Source of the DNA: Paragordius varius
Taxonomy: Eukaryota; Animalia; Nematomorpha
Assembly: GCA_964247055.1 (NCBI GenBank)
Contig: OZ176056.1
Span: 6,572,001 to 6,636,000 of the forward strand
Length of the DNA stretch: 64,000 bases
Direction: 5' to 3'
In this document: one piece after another, positions 1 through 12,300 of the stretch
Layout: every line of letters begins with the position of its first letter
Position numbering within the stretch: the first letter of the stretch is position 1
The notes under the pieces: generated by a model
Told to the model about the DNA's origin: nothing
Database searches by the model: none
The model's input: only the letters and a program-made list of their open reading frames with translations
Position numbers and translations under genes: made by a program

Positions 1-132
1 ATATATCTAATTTCCGTTTCGCAAACCAACGCGAATTGTATAAGAAATCAAAATATAAAAAGTATGGTCGCCTTTTGAACAAAAAAGTTATTATAATTTC
101 AACTTAATAAAATTTACGGGTTAATAACATAC

Positions 133-305
133 CTTTTAAGTTCCTGTTGATTTATGATGTTTTTTATGATGTGAGCGTTACCTCGATCCAAAATAAGTTT
201 AACGAGATCCTTGTAACCCTGTTGAACGGCATAATGCAAGCAGGTGGAATTGGTATTATCCGTTGCCATAATTATATTTTTGTGATGCTTAATCAATGAA
301 TTTAC
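133..305 (-). CDS. DGKZ: DGK exon 19 (ankyrin repeat)
   Basis: [28 protein letters not shown] fits the ankyrin consensus; donor AG|GTATGT, so the gene continues downstream. Confidence 0.88.
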
Positions 306-3300
306 CTGGCATAAAAAAATAAATACATTTTACTCTATCAAAATAGAATTTTAATAATCTTTTTCTCTATTATATTTGATATGATTTGATGAAAATAGTT
401 ATTTTCATGTTGAGCTGAGAGTTTAAAAGTTTTAAATGCAACATAATTTACTTAAAATCAATATAAAAAATTTATTTAATATGCAATCAAGCCTAATTTT
501 CGAAAGTAGTATACAGTACATTATTTAAAAATGGGGTAATTGACGTTAATTTTGCTAATTGTTACCTTAGTTATATCATTTCTTTTAACAGCCACCAAAA
601 ATTCTTTCTCCAATTCTTTAAGAGCCGTATTCTGGTTCCGTTCGCTTAAATGATTGGATGAAAATAAAAGTCTTTCTAACGCAGGTTTTTTCCCATTATT
701 GGCGGTGGTAGGTATTAGAGAAACATTACCATTATTCAATTTAGAATTAGTAATATTAACAAAATTTTGCACATTTCCATAATTTTTAACTGTATCCATG
801 GAGGGAGTAACTGTTGAAGTCATTGAATAAATCTTTTGGGGTAAAGTGGATGAAAGCAATTCTTTTTCTATCATGATTGGAATCTCTGACTCAGTTAGAA
901 CACCCCCCAAGGGTACAACGGATTGAGCAATTTTATTATTTTGGTCCGACTTCTTCGGGGTCACATCTGCAGCACTAAAATTATAAGTTTATCTTAAAAT
1001 CTAGATATTAAAAAAATTGGAAAATTTGATACATAATTTGAAATAATTTATCCAATCCACTTCGTTTCATTAAAAGCGGGGCTAAAAGTAAAAAATTAAT
1101 TTATTAAAAATAAACTATAAATATATAATTTGATTTAGGTTGTTAGTGAAATTGTCATCGGAGAAATAAAATTTAACAAATTATTAGGTAAAGTTACCTG
1201 TGGATTGGGCTTTTATCAAATTCATCGATATTTTCAATGCTGATATCGTCATCATTTTCTAAATCTGGTGGAGACACCGATGGCTTTATTTCGATTGATA
1301 AATCATCGGATGTTTTTGGAAGAGAACGTGGGTTTAAATTATATTCACTTGGTTCAATTATTGTTGGTGATAATGAAATAGCATTTTGCGGCATATAATT
1401 ATTATTGTGTGGATATTTCTCCTTAGAATCTGGTTCCTTTTCAAGTGTCAAGATTGGAGATTCAGATTTTCGTGATGGCATGGCCATATGGAGTCCTTCA
1501 GCCGTGTCAATGCTTTCTATGGAAGGCGTTTTCAAAAGGGGTGAAGCAAGAGTGTCAGGTGTTGAGAGTAATGATAGAGCTGTGGTATTGGTTGGAATAA
1601 TGTGGGGTTCGAATTGGGGTGGTTTTACTGGAGCTTTGGCAGCAGTATCAGGCTTGAATTCTTTTTCCGCTTCAGATACCGAAGGTAAAGTGGGTGAAAT
1701 CAAACCACCACCACCATCGTTTTCAACCTTACATAGCGAAGTGTTTGAAATGGAATGCGTCGGTTTAGTACCTACCTTATGGCCATGTTCCTTCAAAATT
1801 TTATCTTGGTATGCCAGGTTTTCTGTAGCCTTTGGTTTTAATCCGGTTCGACGACTTAGCGGGTCAGGTTGATATTCTTCCAACCCTTTGTAAAAAGCGG
1901 GTGAGGGTATCGTACTTATACTGCTAGCCGTTTCCTGAGCAAAATATTTTTTACGATTTATAATAACGTTAGCCGTATTCCTGTGACTTATGCGTATTAC
2001 CGAGGGGGCTAATTTGACAGGCTCTCCATCAACCTGACATGGGATATCGATTTTAGTGATGAGTGTTACGTGGCGACACTGACAAATTCTGTCACCGTGT
2101 CCACCAACCTGAAGTGCCGCCTATATATAATTTAGGTAATTAAATTCTAAACCAAAAGGTAATAAACTAAATTTTGTAAAATATCAGGATATTCATAACT
2201 TATCATAAAAGTTGCCAAACATTTAGTTATGTATATATACCAACGACGCTGCTGTAAAGCCTATGACTTCAATAAATCCGTCATCCGATCGTGGTTTTTC
2301 AAAGGGTCCTAAAATATCACAGACACCCATTTCATTTGGACCCGCTTCCCCCCAGGGTAGAGTACCACCTGCATATCTGTTTTAAAATTAAAAATATATT
2401 GAAGGTTGTATGTAAATGGCTAAAAAAATAATTAAAATTGGGAAAATATTTACCTTGATATATTCAAAAAGAGTAAACTATGAAATTTCATATCCTTGAT
2501 CCTTTCAGTCAAATCGATTCCGTCACACTAAACATAAAATATTAATGATTTTTTAGTTATTTTGATACAGTTAAGTAAATATTTTTTAAAGTAAGTAAAT
2601 GTATAAAACCTCCAGATGAATATAATGTACAAGGTTTTTCCAACTTCTCTTAAGTATATCACGTCCTCCAACCTATAAATATAATAGAGGAAATTATGTA
2701 AACTATTAATATTTTAAATATATAAATTTTTAAGTTTAATGGCGCGGTTAGTTTTAAATATTTAGGCATGCAGTACACAATGTGATTATGCCATTCGCAC
2801 GATTTAATTCGCTCTTAGATACGTACTCATGCGAATTGATTGCAGGTATCAAAACCGCAAATCATTTTGCTTAAACCGACCAAATAATCTCAAAAAACAA
2901 AGAAAGCTATATAATTAACCATTTTTCTAAGTTCGTAATGCTAAATTATTTTTTTTTAAATAGTATAAAAAGGATTCCCGAATTAATTAATATGCATTAC
3001 CATGGAAATATTTTAATAAAAGTGCAAAAGAATTTTAAATGAAAAATGAAATACTTACCCCTGCATAAAACATTTTGTTGCGGAAACGACTATTGAATTT
3101 TTCCGGGTTTGCCTCTATGTAAATATATTAATACATATAAAAAAACTAAGACTATAAAATACCGGTTACATTTCAACGCTTCGATTCAAATTGGGGTATC
3201 TAGTGACCAAAGTTTATACTTAAGTTGATATTTTGAATAAAACTGGGTTCCAATTTAATTTATACTTCTATCCAAAAATTATATATATATAAGCCAAAAT

Positions 3301-6300
3301 ATCTAAATAAAATTTAGTTTTGAAAAGAAAAGTTCCACATACAACTACTAGGCCATTTTTATTTTACGATATTTTTCCAAATATCGTGTTTATTTGATTA
3401 TAAGGCTAATATTAAAAGTATTTTATTTAAATTACATCTAACATTGATGTAAACTGAAAAGTGGTTTATTTAGCATTATTTTTATGTAGCTAATGCACAC
3501 ATGTCATGTCAAAATTTTTCCCATAAATTTATACATAAATTAAGTAATATCAATTTTTTAATGAATCTTTTATTATATTTCAATGCATCAATGTTATATA
3601 AGTGCCAATTTGCAATGGTTTCAATTTGTTCCATAATTTCCAGTATATTTGATTTAAAACTGGTCTGGGATCCTAAAAGACCTCAATTTGAATCCGAGGA
3701 CTCAAATTGTGTCATATCGAAATTTTAAAGCAAATATATTAATAAAAGTTCTAAAAACAGATGGGAACTGTTCTTTATGGTTTCGACCTCAAAATATGTT
3801 TTTTGATTTTATTTATTCCAAAATTAATTTTTAAAATTTACGAAAATTGTAGCTTTTGAAGCATTTGGCCTATGAATTTATAAAAATCTGCAACCCTAAT
3901 TATAAGTAAGATTAAAATTACTCATTTGAAGAAACACTATTATACAGTAACGTATGGCATAAAATATCATTAGTCCATAAAAGAATAAAAATATGTTTTT
4001 TTAAAAAAACAAACCTAGTTTTATATATACATATCCATAATAACCCCTTATTTTTTTATAGACTAATATTGTTTATGCCACAAGCTACTGTATTAACAAA
4101 ACATACCTCTAGATGTGTGAAATTCCAATGTGACCTGGGCATCGCACCCCAACCCAAAATAATTGTTAAAAACGTTAATGGGTAATTCTTTTTTACTGGG
4201 TGGCGTCAAAGGTTGTTGCTGAATTGAACTGGTAGCAAAAACCGTATTTGAGTTGGACTCAGAAATGTCAAATATTGTCTTAGTTGTCGTCGAGACGGCT
4301 GAGTCATCTTTACTGCTATTTTTTTCGATGCCTTTTTTGACTGTCTTGCTTTGTGGCGTTTGTGGAAAAACGAATTGTTCATCATTTTTTCGATTTTTAT
4401 TGGGATTTGAATTATCATACGAGTCCTCATTTGAAGCTTGGAGAATGGATGGTAGTAGAGTTGGATTTGTTCGACTGCGCTCAAAATATCTTATTTCGTA
4501 CATAATATTACTTTTAAATTTGAATTGCAAAATAATGTTATAACTTATAGATTTATTAGATTTACATTATACCGATAAAATATTGAAAATTAGGCTCAAA
4601 TTTGTATCAAACTAACTGGACACTCAGATAAAGATTATATCGAAATTATTTGGTAACTTATACTTGTAGTATAAAAACATTGCAAACATTCTAAATATGA
4701 TCTAAAAAAAACTATTGAAAAAATATCAATCCTAAACAAAATTTTAATTGTTTTGATGGAGAAAAAAAAAGATATATACCTCATTTGATGCAGATTATTG
4801 CTGGTGAGCTTATTATCCTTTTTAGTATCTATTAATAATTTTTGCGTAGTTTGTGGAGGACGTGCTTTAAGCATTAAAGGTGCTGTATAAAGAAGGCCCG
4901 CGGCTGCTGTTGAATTTTCTTGTAACACTTTTGTCCGGTCATCAAGGTTATCAGAGGTGCGTTTTTTATTGGTGACTCCAAGGACTGTACCACCAACTAT
5001 ACCGTTAGAATCAAACGATGTCGGAGACAAAATTTCAAAGATGGATGATGTGTTACGAAATAGGCTATCCGTAGATTTGGGTTTAAACGGTGTAACAGAT
5101 AAATTCCACCTACATACATGCCATTATATAATTGATAATTAAGATATTATTAATCAAACCATTTTTTTTGCCAAATGATTGATTTATAAAATAGTAAAGT
5201 TTGTTTGACATTGTGTTAATTGATGAAAAATCATTTAATTTTATTATTTTTATAAAATATATTATAAATATATTTTAAATAATTTAGGTATATGATGAAT
5301 ATTAAAATAATTTATTTAATACCAAATTAATAGAGTAAAAATCAAATAAACCAAAAATTTTTGATTGAATAAAAATTTATTAATATTAACGTAATGAATT
5401 CCATATGTAATATGTATGTAAAATTGTACCTATCCAATTTTTTGATTGGGTTATGAACTGTAGCAAACAATATTTTGTTCAGGGATTCATCATTGTAACT
5501 CTAAATTTTGATATATATAGTTTGTTTAAATAATATTTTTATGTAGACAAAAAGTGTTAGAACTTATATGATATATTTATACAAATTAAACTATAAATAC
5601 CATTTCATCCTGTATCAAACATTAATTTACTATCTATTCATAAAACAACTCTTTAAACAGATAATTAATAGAAAAGTGAATCTTATATAATATATATTTA
5701 CGCAAAATTACATATTATTACCATTTGATGATATTTCGAAAATCTCAACAATGAAAAAGAGTAGAAAATAATTACCCCGCCCCAACCCAGATAACGTGAT
5801 AGGTCATTCCCTGTACCAAGAGGGAGAATAGAAACGGCAGGATTTTCAATTAGAATTTGTTGATCCAACATTTTATCCAGGACTCCAAATATCCAACCGA
5901 CGGTCCCGTCACCCCCTCCAACCAAAACACGCAAATTCGATATGTTTTGTAGCAAATTAAATCTATGATGGGATATACATTTTTTGAACTTTAATATTTT
6001 TATAACTGTATAAGTATAAATTTTAAAATCATAGTAAGTATAGAATTGGTCTTTCCTTTAAGCAGTTTTACCAAATATTTCCCTATCTATCCCAGCCTTA
6101 TCACCGATTTTGATTTCCGTGATATTTTATTTTAAATTATTTTTTGATCCAACGAATTTTTCCATGTGGCTTAGGGGTTACTTTAGACAGTGTCTAAAAG
6201 GCGGCTACAACTTTTTTGATCCATGAAAATTATTTATCGATTAAAATTTTATTTAAAAATATTAAATATTTGAGTTGAACATTTTTCGATTATAGTTTTT

Positions 6301-9300
6301 TGAGTATTCACATCTTAATATACTAATAAATATAGAATATTTTGCTTAATTTTCATATTTTATCGATTGCAAAATAGGGCTGATTTGTTAAGTCGTAAAA
6401 TATTTATTATATAACATATTTTATGCTTTGATTGATTAGATTTCAACTACTATTGGTTCTTAAGGTTAAAATTATCTATTTTATTGAAATGCAGTCCGCA
6501 GGTTTTTTAAGTTTATGCGGTCTACGAAGCCATTTGTATCGGGGCACCTCCGTTTTAAAGTAATTAATATAATTGATAATAATCATATCGACAGCTTAGT
6601 ATTATTGCTAAATATCATAAAATGTTGGTTAGAAGTTACCATTTAAAAAAATAATTTATATCCGGGGATGGTATCTATTCATCCTATATCAAAATAAATC
6701 ATGATTAATTTCACATCCATTTTAAATATGGTGGCAAAGCAACATTTATTTTCCGTGCCTATTTTAACCGTTTTCCTTTTTAATCCATAAATTTTTAACA
6801 TTTACAATTCATATTCTGCCTTGAACAATTCAAATTCACCCTAAAAAAATTTTGTGTTTTTGAACTGATATAACTCATCATCAAAAATAATATATTCTTA
6901 TGGCATAGTTTATTATTTTTTCAGTATTATATTATTTTTAAATTTAATTTCATTTTTTAAAAATATAAGAAAAATATAGGTAATTTTTAATTCTAAAAAA
7001 TACATAATTTATTTTAGGGTTAATTGTTTAAGGGTGAATTTGAACTGTAAATGGTAAATTTCATAAAAAGTGATCAGCTTTATAATTTTTCTTGTTTTCG
7101 TTTAATATATTACATAGTTTCGGGTTTAGTTTTAGTTATATCAAACACTTGTCTGGGATTTAGTAGCCAATGAAATTTGTAGATTAGTTTTGAGCCTTTG
7201 TTTCCACCACTCTTGGGATTGAGCAATACAACAACCGGATTTCGCCCACATTCCCTATTATACACACACCAATCAATATAAATTTCATGTATTTTTTGAG
7301 AAACTAAAACTAAATTTTTTATGACAAAAAACGACTTTGGTAGATATTGATAAATATTAAAATTTGCAAAAAAAGTAACCAGCATTATTGCAGGCCATAT
7401 CAAATGACTAAAAGGGAATCTAATTTACAGTAAAATTACGGACAAAACGTAAAAATATGAATAAATATATTTTTTTTTTAAAGGACAACCATACTTTTTT
7501 AATTCTTAATTTTTTTATATAAAATATTTATTAACCACTTAAAAATATAAAATTGATTGTGCCACCCAATATACATTTCTATTTCATACTTTTTGCAATT
7601 TAAACAATAAAAAAGATTTAAAAAGTATGGTTATCTTTTGAAAAAAATATTTGTTTTTATATTTTACGTTTTGTCCGTATATTTCATCTTACTGTAATTT
7701 ACAAGATTGTAGCCATATGTATTAAATATATTACTTCCAAATTAAAGAATCTAAAGACTCCAGACCCTATTTAAATTGTTATAGTTAGAAAACTACTAAA
7801 GGAGACGGTTCCAAATTAAATTTATGCTTTAAACCTAATAAAAATTATATAGATAAGCTAAAATATGTATGCCTTATTTTTTATATTAACGCTAAAATTA
7901 TAATTAATTTTTATAAAAATTACATCCAACATTAAAATAAACAGAAAAAATAATTTATTTTGCATTATTTTTATATTTAGCTAATGTACACATGTCATGT
8001 TGGCCAAATTTCTATTTCGGGCCCCAAAGACCCCAATTTGAACCAGAGGACAGAAATGAATGTGTCGTAACCAAGTGTTAATTAAACACTGTTGTTGTTT
8101 TTTCTCCATAATTTTTAAAAATATAACTTGATAAAAATGGTAAAATCTCATACATGTCTGCAGACATTTAAAATTAAATATCTTTTTAGCCATTAAAAAA
8201 CAGATATGGCCTATAATAGTGCACGTTACTTTATATATATATATATATATATATATAAACATATCTAATATACTAACCTATAATCATCAATCATGCGTTG
8301 AAGATTAAATTTTTGATCTTCTGTAGCTCCAGCACTAAGTATTTCTTGTATAGATGTTTGAGGTATATATTTTTGACATGGATGGATTTGAAAGAATTGT
8401 GAATGTCTTTTATACTGTTTTTCAGATATTAAATACAAAAAATTTTGTAAATCTCACAGGACAGACAAAAATGTGTTATTTTTAATTAAAAACGATGTAA
8501 AAGATCAAAATGATACAAGCCAGATAAAATGACATAAAGATTGTACATTTGATAAAATATTATGATGTATATATATAAGTAATTATATCGTAATACTTTA
8601 CGCCCTGATGTATGAGAAGATCTACGGATAGAAAGTCGCTTAGGTAAATTGTATTGCATCTTGGAACCCCTGCGTCGATTTATGAGCGGTATATGTGGGT
8701 TATTCGTTTGATCATTACAAGACGTAGGTTTTTGTTGTTCTTTGGCACCAGATAATGTATCTGTATTGTCAGGTTTTGTTTCTTGTTTAATGTTTTCATT
8801 GTTTAGGTTGGAAATATTGTTGTCTTCTACGACGTATTCCTCCTCGTTTTCCAAGTGTTCAAGTTTTGAGGATTGGAGCAATCTTCTTTTGAGTTGCGAG
8901 GATGATCTACGCCTATTACGATTAGCTTGTCGCATTATAGTTTTATGCTGTTCGATTCCATGAGAACTTCTTCGGTTTGCTACTATTCGTTTATTTCGTC
9001 CTGACCCTTTAACACCAGTGCTAGCTGAATTGGGTGTTGTTTCCAGGACAGAAGATATACTATTAATACTCTGATGAATTACATTCGCATTGGATTTGAA
9101 GGATGATTTGTTTATGTGGTTATCTGATTGTAGCGCTATGTGATTTGTGTAATGTGGCAGGATTTTGTAAATCCACCAAGGCGGTATAATAAGTTCGGAT
9201 AGGGATCCCATATCACAGTTTTGTTCAAAGAGTTTCAGGGTAAAACAAGCAATTTTGTTATGATAAGCCCGTTTACACCACGAACAACTGATTGAAACTA

Positions 9301-12300
9301 TTTCCTATGTGACAAAAAAAGGAATTGAATTCTAGTTTACATTTAATTTTGTTATGGAGATATTAAAAAATCAAACCTTGGAATAAAAATTGAATTTGGG
9401 AAAGGATTTGGCACATGTTGAGCATTTTCCATCCTGTCGTCTCCGGTGAACCCAATGATGTTTGAGCACATATTCAGTTTGATAGCCATCAAAACTGGCC
9501 TCACTGTCAAAATCTCCGTTAGCCGGCAATGGATCTATATTTGAAAAAAACAGTAAATGAATAAAATAAAATGATTTTTATAATTTTTATAATTATCTTA
9601 CAATTATTATCTGAAACTAATTTTTGCATGGTGAATGAAGGACGGCATTTAAATCCAATTTGGGCCAAAGTTTCGATGCAATCCACGTGTAAAGGAATTT
9701 TACAGACAGAGCATCTTTTCTTCGGACCAGTCTTCTAAATATATTATTAAAATTTTTAGTTTAATTTGGTATTACACAATGATCCTGATATTTAGATATT
9801 ATAATAAGAAAATGTTTATGGAATATTATGATGATTTTTGTTAGGGACCTTATGATTTAAATAATTTGCGGTAACTGCTCCATATCAGAATATGTCAAAA
9901 TTAGCGCACATTTTGTAATATATATTTTCACGAAATATAACATAAACTAAATTATAATGACTAAACAATATTTTAATCCAATTTTTAATTTTACATGTGG
10001 GCTCTGAATGACTCAAAATTTTGCACTCGTCCAAACCGGGCAATTATCTTAAATAAAAACCAAAGGGTCAGATGGTGCGATTTACCGAAAATTGATATTT
10101 AACTCAAATTAAATCTATAGCAAAAATATGGTGAGCGTATTTCATACCATTAGAGGCATGATGGAAACGGTTTAATTATGCTTTGTGATATTATAAAAGC
10201 ATCATAAAGATTCGTATGCTTTAAAATTAGAGTGAGATTTTGTAAAAAATAATTTAACATATATTTAAAGATGAATACTTTTTTAAATAAATTATGTTCA
10301 GCATGGTCAAATTAAAGGTTAGAACTAATATCTTTTAATACCGTTTCCAACATGAATTAAAATAGTGTGACAACACGATTTATTGCTAATCAAATTTTTC
10401 AAATAATCAATCAAGCATTTTTTCAAAAATATTTTTTTCATAAATGTCATAAAAAATATATCGCAAAATCTTAGCATTTTTGCTTTTGTTTTAAGAAAAT
10501 CTCCTTTAAAATAGCGAAAACCTAACGAGCCGACATCAAAATATCAAAGTTTTATAAAAATATTTGGTAAAGATAGCATATCATATATTATTATTATTAT
10601 TTGGATAAAGCATGCCAAAAAATTTTTAACTTTGCGATTTTACGATATCGAGCAAACCCCACAAAGGTACAATTAACTTACATATACTCTCGTAGGCCCC
10701 AAATCCACAAAAACCATAAGAATTCTGATATAAAATGTGTATATTTTATCAGGATATTTTACCGCTCGATTGTGAACACAGTGGTACAATAATTAATTTT
10801 TTTAGATATAGATGATATATATTTAATAGTATTTTTATATTTTCGAAAAATAATATGGTAAAAGAACATTGTTATTAATAAATTGTGATTAAGACAATTG
10901 ATAAAATGCAAAAAATTATAATTAATATTTCTTTAATATTATTGGCTAGTAATTTATGTAAACGATAAAAATAAAATGTTTTAGTCTAATTAATTTTGAT
11001 TTTTTTTTAATTTTATAAAAGTAGTATCGGTGAAGGGAGGGGTATTTATAAGTAATCATTTTCGTTGTCAATAAAAAAATAAAAAATGGAACATAAATAA
11101 AAACTGGTTCATAATTATAAAATAGGTTTTCTATATAAAATATTACATTATTTAACAACTTAAGAGTACAAAACAGCCGGCCTTACCGCAAACAGATGGA
11201 AAAAAAATCATGAATGCATGGTCTGCATATGGATAATATTTTATAAAACTTAATTTAAAAATAAGATGGCAATAGTATTTTTTTGTATAATATAAAAGCA
11301 ATTATATCGTTTTTAATCAATAATATATCAAATTTATTTAGGGAAAAAAGACTACATAAAAATTGCTAATACGATTATACATATTTTTTAAAGTTTACAT
11401 ATTAAATCATCAAATTGAGAACATTTTTGAATATACCTTAAATTTTTAATGTTATCTATCCATTTAATGTGTGCTAATGCCAACACATAAAAAACTGTCT
11501 GATATGAAATAAAAGAACAAAAGTATTTAAAAAGGATATTTAAAAATTACTTTGCATTTAGAATTTTCAATTAGGTAACAAGCATCGCCTGAGGCTGGAT
11601 AGTAAGTCCATATGTGGTCTCTGGCATGAGCTCTATACTATATTTCAAAATTTTATAATTGCACACTTAAATGATAAACATTTATTGCCTAAATTTTTAT
11701 GTGCTTGCTTTTTTTACATTTTAAGAGGATTTTTGTCAAAAAATGTCATATAAAGCAAGTTTCGCTAAATCTTGTATTTTATTTTTGATAAAAATAAAGT
11801 GAGATGACAGTTCAAAAATGACATCCTGATTGTATAAGTTGTTAAGAAGAAGACAAAATAATATAAGTTATTAAAGCGATAAACCGGATACACATTAGAG
11901 AGAAAAAGCTTTTAAGATGACTTATTAATGCTATCTATCTTAAACAAACTGAATGTGTACTTGACATTCATTATTTTTTGTTAATATCACGAGGCTATAA
12001 AATCTTAATCGTAATGGTATTAGTATACTTGTTTTAAGTTTATAACTACAATAAAGATATGATATATAAAAAATAATTTTTTTAATTATTTTGGGTTAAT
12101 AATAAAGACAATAAAAATTTTGCCCAATAAAATAAAAAATATTATGTTAAAAGGGAATAAATGGTTTTAGACAAGTTTGTTGTTTGTTACCATACGCTAT
12201 TGTACATTACCATTAAATTTAATTAGATTTTTAAGCTGTGTATAGGTATAGTTTTTTGAAAAAAATACTGTCCAGTCCACATGATTTTTCAGGGTATGTG

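Noticed and set aside
1-75. Possible next DGK exon (second ankyrin repeat)
   Set aside because: The phase-compatible frame (RPYFLYFDFL...) does not look like ankyrin; the next exon probably lies outside the window.
1405-1872. Plus-strand ORFs overlapping DGK and tubby exons (also 4253-4543, 8742-8963, 23913-24562, 59730-60244)
   Set aside because: These are antisense shadows of real coding exons with no recognisable protein features.
11150-11255. Minus-strand frame [25 protein letters not shown] faintly resembles DGK exon 3, suggesting a mutually exclusive C1a exon
   Set aside because: There is no phase-0 acceptor in that frame and the available donors are phase 1. At best it is a decayed duplicate; more likely chance.
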